DNA of 32,000 nucleotides. It comes from Desulfotalea psychrophila LSv54 (lineage in GTDB: Bacteria > Desulfobacterota > Desulfobulbia > Desulfobulbales > Desulfocapsaceae). The notes beneath the pieces were generated by a model. The model did no database searches, was not told where the DNA came from, and saw only the letters and a program-made list of their open reading frames with translations. Below, one piece after another: positions 24,633 through 32,000 of this stretch. The position numbers were made by a program, and so were the translations under genes. Location: assembly GCF_000025945.1 (NCBI RefSeq), contig NC_006138.1, forward strand, positions 2,640,001 to 2,672,000, written 5' to 3'. The number at the start of each line of letters is the position of its first letter. Positions within the stretch are counted from its first letter, which is position 1.

Positions 24633-26165
24633 ATGGAAAGTATAAAAAAACTACATATAAAGAAAGCCAACAGCGGTATTTGCACCGGCACAGAGTGGAT
24701 CTCCCCCGCAGGTAGCAAGGTCATAGAATCCATCTCACCTGTGGACGGAAGGATCATCGCCAAAATCCAAGCAGGAGGAGCGCCTGAATATAAGCGAATT
24801 ATTACTCAGGCCCAAAAGGCCTTTCCCCTCTGGCGGAAAATCCCTGCCCCTGAGCGTGGAGAAATTGTCCGACAGATTGGCGAGGCCCTGCGCAAAGATA
24901 AGGAGAACCTTGGCAGGATGATTTGCCTGGAGATGGGGAAATCTCTTCAGGAGGGATATGGAGAGGTACAGGAAATGATCGATGTCTGTGACTTTGCCGT
25001 GGGCCAGTCACGCATGTTATACGGCGCCACCATGCCCTCGGAAAGACCCTCCCACAGACTCTACGATCAGTATCATCCCCTTGGTGTTGTCGGCATTATT
25101 ACTGCCTTTAATTTTCCTGCCGCAGTTTGGGCCTGGAACGCCATGCTCTCGACTGTCTGTGGCAATGTCTTGGTATGGAAGCCCTCTTCCCAGGTAGGCC
25201 TAACCGCCATTGCCATCCAGCATATCATCGCCCGGGTCCTCAAGAAAAACAAGCTGCCCGAAGGCATTTTTTCTCTTATCTGTGGTAGTGGCAAGGACAT
25301 AGGCGACCTGATGCTTGCAGATACCCGCCTGCCCCTTATCTCCTTTACCGGTTCTGTTCGTACCGGTCGACATGCCGCCCAAATCATTGCCGGGCGCCTC
25401 GGTAAATCCCTCCTAGAGCTGGGAGGAAATAACAGTATCATTATCAGCCCAGAGGCAGATCTTGCTATTGCCATCCCCGCCGTGGTCTTTGGCGCTGTCG
25501 GTACTGCTGGACAACGCTGCACCACCACCCGTCGCCTGATTATTCATGAATCTATCTATGACAAGGTAAGAGATGGTCTGACAAAGGCCTATAAAAGTCT
25601 GCGTATTGGCAGCCCCCTCAACCAAGATAACCATATGGGGCCCCTGGTAAACCAGGATGCCGTCGCCAATTATCTCGCAGCAGTAGAGACCATCAAAGAC
25701 CAAGGGGGAGAGATACTATGCGGTGGCCATGCCCTACAAGGAGAGGGCTTTGAATCTGGCTGCTATGTTGCCCCCACCCTGGTTGAGGTGAAAAGCGATA
25801 TCCCCATTATCAAGGAGGAGACCTTTGCTCCCATCCTCTATTTAATTAGGTATAGCGGAGATATTAACCAGGCCATAGAGATCAATAACAGTGCCCATGA
25901 GGGACTCTCCTCTGCCATTTTTTCCAACAACCTGCGGGAGGCTGAAACCTTCCTCTCGCCATGGGGTTCTGACTGTGGCATTGCCAATGTCAATATCGGT
26001 ACCTCGGGGGCTGAGATTGGCGGCGCCTTTGGCGGAGAAAAAGACACCGGAGGTGGGCGTGAATCCGGTTCAGACGCCTGGAAGGCCTATATGCGCCGAC
26101 AAACGGTGACCATAAACTATGGCCACGAACTGCCCCTGGCCCAGGGGATAAACTTTACCATCTAA
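24633..26165 (+). CDS. amaB: ALDH7-type aldehyde dehydrogenase (alpha-aminoadipate semialdehyde / piperideine-6-carboxylate dehydrogenase)
   Basis: EGYGEVQEMIDVCDFAVGQSRMLYGATMPSERPSHRLYDQYHPLGVVGIITAFNFPAAVWAWN closely follows the antiquitin/ALDH7 signature. The catalytic region ELGGNN...GTAGQRCTT is present. Start at ATG 24633 (GAGGA RBS) is preferred over 24549. Confidence 0.85.
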   Translation: MESIKKLHIKKANSGICTGTEWISPAGSKVIESISPVDGRIIAKIQAGGAPEYKRIITQAQKAFPLWRKIPAPERGEIVRQIGEALRKDKENLGRMICLEMGKSLQEGYGEVQEMIDVCDFAVGQSRMLYGATMPSERPSHRLYDQYHPLGVVGIITAFNFPAAVWAWNAMLSTVCGNVLVWKPSSQVGLTAIAIQHIIARVLKKNKLPEGIFSLICGSGKDIGDLMLADTRLPLISFTGSVRTGRHAAQIIAGRLGKSLLELGGNNSIIISPEADLAIAIPAVVFGAVGTAGQRCTTTRRLIIHESIYDKVRDGLTKAYKSLRIGSPLNQDNHMGPLVNQDAVANYLAAVETIKDQGGEILCGGHALQGEGFESGCYVAPTLVEVKSDIPIIKEETFAPILYLIRYSGDINQAIEINNSAHEGLSSAIFSNNLREAETFLSPWGSDCGIANVNIGTSGAEIGGAFGGEKDTGGGRESGSDAWKAYMRRQTVTINYGHELPLAQGINFTI

Positions 26166-26204
26166 GACGGGACAAGCTCCCCTCTCATATACTGGAGATT
26201 ATCT

Positions 26205-27515
26205 ATGACATCTCGCGTAAGCTCTACTCTGGCCCGACATATACTGGCGGACGGCCTGCCCTTGGTTTTTGATCTGAAAAAATCCCGGGGATCGCAGTTG
26301 GTAGATAAAAATAGCGGCGACAGTTTTTTAGATTTTTTCTCCATGTTCGCCTCCATGGCCGTGGGGCACAACCACCCAAGCCTCTTGGCAATACAGGAGC
26401 AACTTGGGGCCGTGGCCATCCAAAAGCCTTCCAGCTCGGATGTCTACACCGAAGAGTTTGCTGAATTTGTCGACACCTTCGCCCAGCTGGCAATGCCTGC
26501 GTTCATGCCCCATGCCTTCTTTATCGAAGGAGGGGCCCTGGCCGTTGAGAACAGCCTCAAAACTGCCTTCGACTGGAAAACCCGCCTCAACCAAGCGAGA
26601 GGCATAGCCACACCTAAGGGCACAAAAATCATCCATTTCCAGCAGGCCTTTCACGGTCGTTCCGGCTATACCCTCTCTTTAACCAATACCCATGACCCGA
26701 GAAAGACAAAGTTCTTCCCCATAATGGACTGGCCACGAATCCTCAATCCCAAAATCACCTTCCCACTTAATCGAGAAAACCTTGGACAGGTCATCGAACT
26801 GGAGGAGAGGGCTCTTGCCCAGATTCACCAGGTTATTGGCAGGGAAGGTGATGATATTGCTGGCCTCATCATTGAGCCTATCCAGGGAGAAGGCGGTGAC
26901 AACCACTTCCGCCCGATTTTTTTCCGGCAACTACGCAAGATCTGCGATGACCATGATATTTTGTTCATCGTAGATGAGATCCAAAGCGGAATGGGCATAA
27001 CCGGAAAGATGTGGGCCCATGAACATTTAGAGATTGAACCGGATATCCTCTGCTTTGGTAAGAAGACTCAGGTCTGCGGCATTATGGCAAGCAAAAGAAT
27101 CGACAAGGTTGAAAACAATGTCTTTAAAGAGTCCAGCCGACTCAACTCCACCTTCGGGGGCAATCTGGTAGACATGGTGCGCTGTACCCATATTCTCAGA
27201 ATTATTGAAGAGGAGAGACTGGTGGACAATGCCCGAGTCCAGGGAAATCATCTTCTCCGTCAGCTTGAAGGCCTGGGAGAAGAGTTCCCCCACCTTGTCT
27301 CCAACCCCCGGGGTAGAGGCCTTATGTGCGCCTTTGACCTACCCTCAGAGACCATGCGCAATCAATTTATCGAGGATATGTATAAGGCGCGGGTACTGCT
27401 CCTCGGCTGCGGAGAAAAAGCCATCAGGTTCCGGCCCCACCTCGTGGTTCGTCGGGAAGAGATTGACGAAGGCATGGATATTATCCGTCGGACCATCAAA
27501 AAAACAATGGGTTAA
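26205..27515 (+). CDS. lat: L-lysine 6-(epsilon)-aminotransferase (class III PLP aminotransferase)
   Basis: The N-terminus HILADGLPLVFDLKKSRGSQLVDKNSGDSFLDFFSMFASMAVGHNHP matches the LAT family pattern. Also present: IIEPIQGEGGDNHF, VDEIQSGMGITGKMWA, and the PLP-lysine region FGKKTQVCG. Confidence 0.85.
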   Translation: MTSRVSSTLARHILADGLPLVFDLKKSRGSQLVDKNSGDSFLDFFSMFASMAVGHNHPSLLAIQEQLGAVAIQKPSSSDVYTEEFAEFVDTFAQLAMPAFMPHAFFIEGGALAVENSLKTAFDWKTRLNQARGIATPKGTKIIHFQQAFHGRSGYTLSLTNTHDPRKTKFFPIMDWPRILNPKITFPLNRENLGQVIELEERALAQIHQVIGREGDDIAGLIIEPIQGEGGDNHFRPIFFRQLRKICDDHDILFIVDEIQSGMGITGKMWAHEHLEIEPDILCFGKKTQVCGIMASKRIDKVENNVFKESSRLNSTFGGNLVDMVRCTHILRIIEEERLVDNARVQGNHLLRQLEGLGEEFPHLVSNPRGRGLMCAFDLPSETMRNQFIEDMYKARVLLLGCGEKAIRFRPHLVVRREEIDEGMDIIRRTIKKTMG

Positions 27516-27522
27516 TCCTGCA

Positions 27523-29112
27523 ATGAAAAGTTCAAAGAGAAAGAGACTGGCCCTCCACCTCGACCAGCAGATCGAGGGTACGGTCTATACCGACCAGACA
27601 ACCCTGCAGCGCTATTCCACCGATAAATCCATTTATCAGGTGGTACCGCAAATGGTTGTAAGCCCTGCCTCAATGGAGGATCTTACTACCATAGTGAGCA
27701 CGGCCAGAGACGAGAACCTGTCTGTCACCGCCCGAGGTGGTGGTTCCGGAACGGCAGGTGCAGCCCTCGGTGAGGGTATTGTTATCCATCTGCCCCGCAA
27801 TGGTTTCCTAGGTAATATAGTTGACTTCAGCACCGGGGCTGGCAAGGACTATATTACTGTTGAAGCCGGTGTCTACCATGATACCATCCAGACATTTTTA
27901 AAAAAGGAGGGCTATTATCTGCCGGCAGACCCCTCCAGCTCCCCCCTCTGCCAGATAGGTGGCAATATTGCTACCAAGGCAAGCGGGCCACATGGCTTTT
28001 CCCATGGCAGTATCGACAGATTTTTACAGGATATCGAATATATCTCGGCCCGGGGTGAGCATATCGATTCGGCCCGGCCAAAGAGCATCCCGCCAACTCT
28101 CAGGGCAGCCCTTACCCAACTACAAGAGAAGGTTCGAGCTGATAAGGCAACGGTCTCCCTGCTAAAAAAACGGCGCAATTTCAAGACAGCAAGTGGCTAT
28201 AACCTCTTTGCCCTTATGGCTGAGCTGCAACCAGAAAAAATCCTGGCCCAGCTTTTCGCCGGCAGTGTCGGCAGTCTTGGCCTCATCACCCGAGCGACGT
28301 TGCGCGTTGAGCCCTATACCCCCGAAAAGGCGGCCCTCCTCCTCTACTTCACCGACCTCCATGCTCTCAGCCTGGCTACTCAGGAGGCAATTGCGGCAGA
28401 GGTAACTGCCATCGAGGTGATCAGTCAAGCCACCATCAGGCTCCTGAAAAGGAGGAAGGGAGCAGGAAGCGATGAACTCCATAACGGCCATCTGCTCTTT
28501 ATTGAATGTGAGGGGCCAATGCGGCAGGCCCGACTGGCGCAACTTAAGGAGAAGCTCAGAAAAAGCCCAAACCTCCTCGTCCCTCCCCAAGAGGCACAGA
28601 CAGAGGAAGAGCTTGCCAAACTGTGGAAAATCCGCAAACAGATCCTACCGGTACTTCTCCGACCCGGGGCTGGAATGAAGGCCCTCTCAATCGTCAATGA
28701 TGTTGGGGTTCCACCTCAGCACCTGGCCCACTTTATCGAGGACATTGAGACTTTTTTCAGAAAGAAGGGTCTGGAAACGGTGATCTATGGCCATGCGGGC
28801 AATGGCAATCTTCATCTCCGCCCTCTAATCAATATTAAAGAGACAGATCTGAAAGAGCGCATTCAGGCCATTGCCGACGGAGTCTACGAGATAGTCTTCC
28901 GCTATAAGGGTACCATCACCGCCGAACATGCCATGGGACGACTACGCACTCCCTATCTTGAACGGGAATGGGGCTCGTCCATATACAGGCACATGAAGAG
29001 GGTCAAAGATATTTTCGATCCAGATAATATCTTAAACCCCGAGGCAATGTTTGGCAGGGGAGCCATTACCGATAAGATGCGCCATGACCTATTTGAACCA
29101 GTTCAAAAATAA
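27523..29112 (+). CDS. FAD-binding oxidoreductase (PCMH-type FAD domain, GlcD/YdiJ-N-terminal-like); candidate D-2-hydroxyacid dehydrogenase
   Basis: YSTDKSIYQVVPQMVVSPAS...ARGGGSGTAGAALGEGIVI...VEAGV...CQIGGNIATKASGPHG...GHAGNGNLHLRP...GTITAEHAMGR. The ATG is 8 nt after the lat stop. The 5' 106 codons of the track ORF overlap lat in another frame and are rejected. Confidence 0.8.
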   Translation: MKSSKRKRLALHLDQQIEGTVYTDQTTLQRYSTDKSIYQVVPQMVVSPASMEDLTTIVSTARDENLSVTARGGGSGTAGAALGEGIVIHLPRNGFLGNIVDFSTGAGKDYITVEAGVYHDTIQTFLKKEGYYLPADPSSSPLCQIGGNIATKASGPHGFSHGSIDRFLQDIEYISARGEHIDSARPKSIPPTLRAALTQLQEKVRADKATVSLLKKRRNFKTASGYNLFALMAELQPEKILAQLFAGSVGSLGLITRATLRVEPYTPEKAALLLYFTDLHALSLATQEAIAAEVTAIEVISQATIRLLKRRKGAGSDELHNGHLLFIECEGPMRQARLAQLKEKLRKSPNLLVPPQEAQTEEELAKLWKIRKQILPVLLRPGAGMKALSIVNDVGVPPQHLAHFIEDIETFFRKKGLETVIYGHAGNGNLHLRPLINIKETDLKERIQAIADGVYEIVFRYKGTITAEHAMGRLRTPYLEREWGSSIYRHMKRVKDIFDPDNILNPEAMFGRGAITDKMRHDLFEPVQK

Positions 29113-29151
29113 GTTCCCTGATACATCTCATGTAAAGATGGAGAGAACATA

Positions 29152-30546
29152 ATGAAAAATGTAGATAGATTTGCCTGGCAACGACAGCCCCGGACAGAGA
29201 CCTACCTGGTAAGTTTAATAACAGATCTGGCAGAAAAAAATCCGCTCATTGGTAAACTTGATAATAAATTACAGACCATTACCTCGACAAGGATGCTCGA
29301 CTGGCTGGATCATATTGTGGCCGAGGATTCGCTGCTGCTTCGTCAACGTCTTAGTCAGTTGGGCTTTACCGAAAAAAGATCCCCTACAGGGAGCATTTTT
29401 TCCCCTCATGGCGTGAGCCTACCCAAAATTATTCTACCAGAATCAGTGAAAAGATCTCCTCCGGGTATCGCCCTAAAGGTAGACTCCATCGCTGATTTTC
29501 TCCAGTGCAACAGTCTCAGCGGTGAAATTGAGGGTACCCCCTTGGCCCAGGTACGAAAGTGCACGGCCTCCCGCAAGAATGGCACAGCCCTTTATGCGGT
29601 GGAACGCAGGGGCAGTGATGCTCTACCCCCAGCCCATATTGAAATTGATCCAGCCCGATATCTGCAGGCAATAGAAAAATGGCAGCGCCTGCCCAGGTCA
29701 GGGCCTGATCGCGATCAGACCTTTGCCCTGATAGTTCATACTGCCCAAGAGTTGGTTGAGAGCATGGGCCAAAACCTTGCCGCCCATATTGTCTGTGAAG
29801 CCGAGCGACGTTACTGGATGTCACGCAATCAGGCTGGGCGTATACAAAAGATGCGTCAGGATATTATGGGAATGGGATGGGCAAATCATGATCACCATAC
29901 CTTTCGCAGTTCAAGGAAACACTTTAATCAACTGATCAACCTCTTCACCCTCCTTGGCTTTCATAAGCGGGAAAGATTCTACGCAGGTGCTGAAGCGGGA
30001 TGGGGCGCCCAGGTAATGGAGAACCCCACAGCAGGCATCTCCCTCTTTCTCGATGTAGACCTGGCCCCGGAGGAGATGGAAGTTGATTTTTCCAGACAGG
30101 AACTGGCTGAGCGGGAAGAACTTGGCAGCGTAGGCCTGTGGTGCGCACTACACGGAGACTCGATTCTCGGTGCCGGCATGCACCATCTGGCGGCAGCCTT
30201 TCTCTTTGCTGATCTCCCCACCGACCTGGCAGGCTATAATATTAACTTTATGGAACCGTTTAGCGATTTTCCCTATCTCAAACAGGCATTTAGTTCGGGA
30301 GAGCGCTGGGACACTGATCCGGAGGTGGTACAAGGCCTGCTTAAAGATAGGCTTATCAGCGAAAAGCAGGCAGATCGATTCCTCGACAAGGGGGCCATTG
30401 GCAGCCATTTGGAGAATATTCAGCGCCGGGATGGCTATAAGGGCTTTAACCAAGAGAACGTCAGCGTCATCATAGCGGAAACTGATCCCCGAAGGGTTGC
30501 TGATGTTAGAGGGGACCTGCCCCATCACTGGTCGAAAATGCCGTAA
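29152..30546 (+). CDS. Uncharacterised 464-aa protein; the C-terminal half carries DUF1338/HglS-like (VOC-fold Fe(II) 2-oxoadipate dioxygenase/decarboxylase family) motifs
   Basis: A GGAGAG RBS precedes the ATG. Three motifs occur in the same order as in DUF1338: NHDHHTFRS...LINLFTLLGF (H-x3-R), GMHHLAAAF (cf. NHLT), and HLENIQRRDGYKGFNQENVSVIIAET (cf. GEIEQRG...GF..NA..IFEST). The comparison is from memory of YdcJ/HglS. Coding confidence is high; functional assignment is ~0.4. Confidence 0.7.
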   Translation: MKNVDRFAWQRQPRTETYLVSLITDLAEKNPLIGKLDNKLQTITSTRMLDWLDHIVAEDSLLLRQRLSQLGFTEKRSPTGSIFSPHGVSLPKIILPESVKRSPPGIALKVDSIADFLQCNSLSGEIEGTPLAQVRKCTASRKNGTALYAVERRGSDALPPAHIEIDPARYLQAIEKWQRLPRSGPDRDQTFALIVHTAQELVESMGQNLAAHIVCEAERRYWMSRNQAGRIQKMRQDIMGMGWANHDHHTFRSSRKHFNQLINLFTLLGFHKRERFYAGAEAGWGAQVMENPTAGISLFLDVDLAPEEMEVDFSRQELAEREELGSVGLWCALHGDSILGAGMHHLAAAFLFADLPTDLAGYNINFMEPFSDFPYLKQAFSSGERWDTDPEVVQGLLKDRLISEKQADRFLDKGAIGSHLENIQRRDGYKGFNQENVSVIIAETDPRRVADVRGDLPHHWSKMP

Positions 30547-30718
30547 CTTCTTTGTTGTAAGGGCATGCCCTACAGGTTTTCAACCGGCATAAGCATGGTT
30601 GATATCAAAAAAAAGTCTATCAGATCATGGATCTTCAACCTTTGTAATCTTAACCGAAAAGAGGGGCACTGGCTGGGGGCTACAAGATCAGCCTCTCAGC
30701 AGCTCCGGTCGGTTCCAC

Positions 30719-30841
30719 AGACAATACGAGCAACAAATGCTGAGCCTGGAGAGGATGAAAGGCCTGCTTGAGAACAGGTTCATTAGCGGGACCACGTTGA
30801 ACAATTTCCTAGCTACATGTTTGATTATCTGTGGATTATTT
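30719..30841 (+). pseudogene. Possible IS5-family transposase C-terminal remnant at the core/island junction
   Basis: RQYEQQMLSLERMKGLLENRFISGT--TLNNFLATCLIICGL resembles the IS5/IS427 C-terminal pattern YRQRNxIERxFxxLKxFRRIATRYDKxxxNFLAxxxLAxxxxWL with the RYDK segment deleted. The match is from memory only. Confidence 0.3.
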
Positions 30842-31283
30842 AAACAAAAACCTTTCTCTAAACCACCCAAGTTGCAACGTTGGTAAAAAGAATATCTTTA
30901 AACCATATTTGTATTGAAATGGTCGGTATTTATTTAGAGTATCGGTAAAATTTAACAATTTTTTCTCATCTTCGTCATAGCCTTGTTCTATTTTTATTTC
31001 TATGACCAAAAGATTATTCTCAAGTTCAAGCCTTCCACGTTTATGTATAACGATATCTGGTCTCTTATGATTTTTGTGAGAATCATGTTTCGGGTCAAGT
31101 TCTTCACCCATTTCGTTGTATTCACAATCAACATTAAATCCAGAGAAATACTCTTCTAGATTAACAGCATAACCTATGCGCAGTTGCCCATTCCAGTTTA
31201 TTGCATATCAGTTCCAGATCGTTGATCTGAACCTTTTTTATTGCCCCTAAGATAATTTTTTCTAAAATTTCGTGTTCCATCAT
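30836..31283 (-). pseudogene. PD-(D/E)xK nuclease-fold protein, apparently frameshifted near its N-terminus
   Basis: The 91-aa ORF contains RPDIVIH...NNLLVIEIK (D...E-x-K core). Its frame stays open upstream (YAINWNGQLRIGYAVNLEEYFSGFNVDCEYNE) as far as a stop at 31208..31210. A separate frame from ATG 31283 reads MMEHEILEKIILGAIKKVQINDLEL... A 1-nt shift near 31185-31225 would fuse the two. Confidence 0.45.
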
Positions 31284-31341
31284 TTTTTTATCCAATGCAC
31301 TTCATCTTTTATTTAGATAACGCCAAGTTAAATAGCGCACG

Positions 31342-31707
31342 TTAACGCATCTCAGCTTTAGTCCTTATTGGCTTCTTGAACTTCGAAGCTAGTTTAAATT
31401 TTAAGTTGCTTACGGTCTCTTCTCTATCAAAAGAGGCTTGAACTGCAATAATTGGGATACAATTTCTTTTAGCCTCACGCAACTCCCATTGAACCCATTC
31501 AGACTCATTAATAGAGTTGGATGACATTAGCAGTAACAATTGAGCTTGCGATAGCATCTGTTCTACGTGGCGTTGCTTGTCTATTGAGTCGTTATGTAAC
31601 AAGTCGATGTAATAAGACCCGTATTCTGAAAGCACCTCGGACACACTCTCTAATAGTTTACGATCAATATAGTGATCTCTAGTGGTATAACTAACGAATA
31701 TTCCCAT
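31342..31707 (-). CDS. Small TIR-like domain protein (ThsB/DUF1863-like)
   Basis: MGIFVSYTTRD (TIR betaA/box 1-like), LLLLMSSNSINSEWVQWELREA-type motif (S-x-W-x3-E-L-x-x-A), and CIPIIAV. 121 aa. The ATG begins 1 nt after the stop of the upstream small ORF. ~33% GC. Confidence 0.65.
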   Translation of the reverse strand: MGIFVSYTTRDHYIDRKLLESVSEVLSEYGSYYIDLLHNDSIDKQRHVEQMLSQAQLLLLMSSNSINESEWVQWELREAKRNCIPIIAVQASFDREETVSNLKFKLASKFKKPIRTKAEMR

Positions 31708-31708
31708 G

Positions 31709-31888
31709 TCACTTACCAATCCAATTCATAAAAAATGCAAACCAGCCTATAAGCCCTAGTGTCGATAAAGCATAGTAAAGAGACATTGAATGATTAAATG
31801 CCGCACCTAGCCAGCTTACTCCTAATTGTTCAGGTTGATAGTTGTCAATTAAATTTCTTTGAGCTATTGCTTGCAGTTTCCTGTTCAT
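31709..31888 (-). CDS. 59-aa ORF with a single C-terminal TM helix (below the ORF-track size cut-off)
   Basis: MNRKLQAIAQRNLIDNYQPEQLGVSWLGAAFNHSMSLYYALSTLGLIGWFAFFMNWIGK. Its stop TGA abuts the TIR-like ATG (TGAcATG). No strong RBS. Confidence 0.35.
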   Translation of the reverse strand: MNRKLQAIAQRNLIDNYQPEQLGVSWLGAAFNHSMSLYYALSTLGLIGWFAFFMNWIGK

Positions 31889-32000
31889 GGCAATTCTCGT
31901 TTTTCTTTGAAAGTAATATGCTGAAAAAATCTGCGACCCAAAACCCGAAGCAAATTAATAGCGGTATGAGAAAATATGTATGATCAAGTTGGTTGTCAGT
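31845..32000 (-). CDS. 3' end of an ORF entering from the right window edge (TM-like segment)
   Basis: The frame is open from base 32000: TDNQLDHTYFLIPLLICFGFWVADFFSILLSKKNENCHEQETASNSSKKFN*. It overlaps the 59-aa ORF by 44 nt, so only one of the two may be real. Confidence 0.25.
   Translation of the reverse strand, partial: TDNQLDHTYFLIPLLICFGFWVADFFSILLSKKNENCHEQETASNSSKKFN

Noticed and set aside
27205-27522. 106-codon N-terminal extension of the FAD oxidoreductase ORF
   Set aside because: It overlaps the 3' end of lat in a different frame. The ATG at 27523 lies just after the lat stop and begins the conserved FAD-domain region.
31798-31983. 61-aa + strand ORF at the right edge
   Set aside because: It is antisense to the better-organised minus-strand ORF series (stop/start abutment with the TIR-like gene). 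It has no RBS.

Overview
The central ~29.7 kb (about 1.2-30.8 kb) is ~50% GC chromosomal-type DNA. Both window edges (1-1.13 kb and 30.84-32.0 kb) are ~30% GC accessory DNA carrying truncated, defense-like genes. The host looks like a sigma-54-rich, ferredoxin-oxidoreductase-using, probably anaerobic Desulfobacterota-like bacterium, but this is inference only.

Core content, left to right:
- 2H-family RNA cyclic phosphodiesterase (ThpR) plus a small unknown ORF; both are preceded by the same 22-bp element.
- A membrane PAS-GGDEF diguanylate cyclase.
- A Zn-ribbon protein divergent from a GAF/AAA+/Fis sigma-54 activator.
- A compact sigma-54 regulon that can be read directly from the DNA: three clusters of a GAATTACGT-type site and two convergent -24/-12 promoters. 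One promoter drives a cytoplasmic FGE/SUMF1-like protein. The other has no ORF downstream.
- A TetR regulator and an Isf-like iron-sulfur flavoprotein with a palindromic operator between them.
- A DUF523 protein.
- A four-subunit 2-oxoacid:ferredoxin oxidoreductase operon (delta-alpha-beta-gamma) whose gamma gene is frameshifted in a G-run.
- A GntR regulator and MFS transporter with a perfect operator palindrome.
- A DUF4405 membrane protein.
- An ATP-grasp / 7TM inactive-transglutaminase / retropepsin-like protease operon; the protease gene contains a 24-bp in-frame tandem repeat.
- An IS1182-type transposase scar.
- A TPP-dependent 2-keto-acid decarboxylase.
- A four-gene lysine-catabolism-like operon: ALDH7-type dehydrogenase, lysine 6-aminotransferase, a YdiJ/GlcD-like FAD dehydrogenase, and a 464-aa unknown protein with DUF1338/HglS-like metal motifs.

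No rRNA gene, tRNA gene or CRISPR array was seen.

The most promising leads are:
- the sigma-54 regulon with its orphan promoter;
- the lysine / 2-oxoadipate cluster with the divergent 464-aa protein;
- the ATP-grasp / 7TM / protease operon;
- the TIR-like / small-TM / PD-(D/E)xK cluster at the right edge;
- the zinc-ribbon coiled-coil ATPase at the left edge.

All family assignments rest on motif recognition by eye. No database search was possible.
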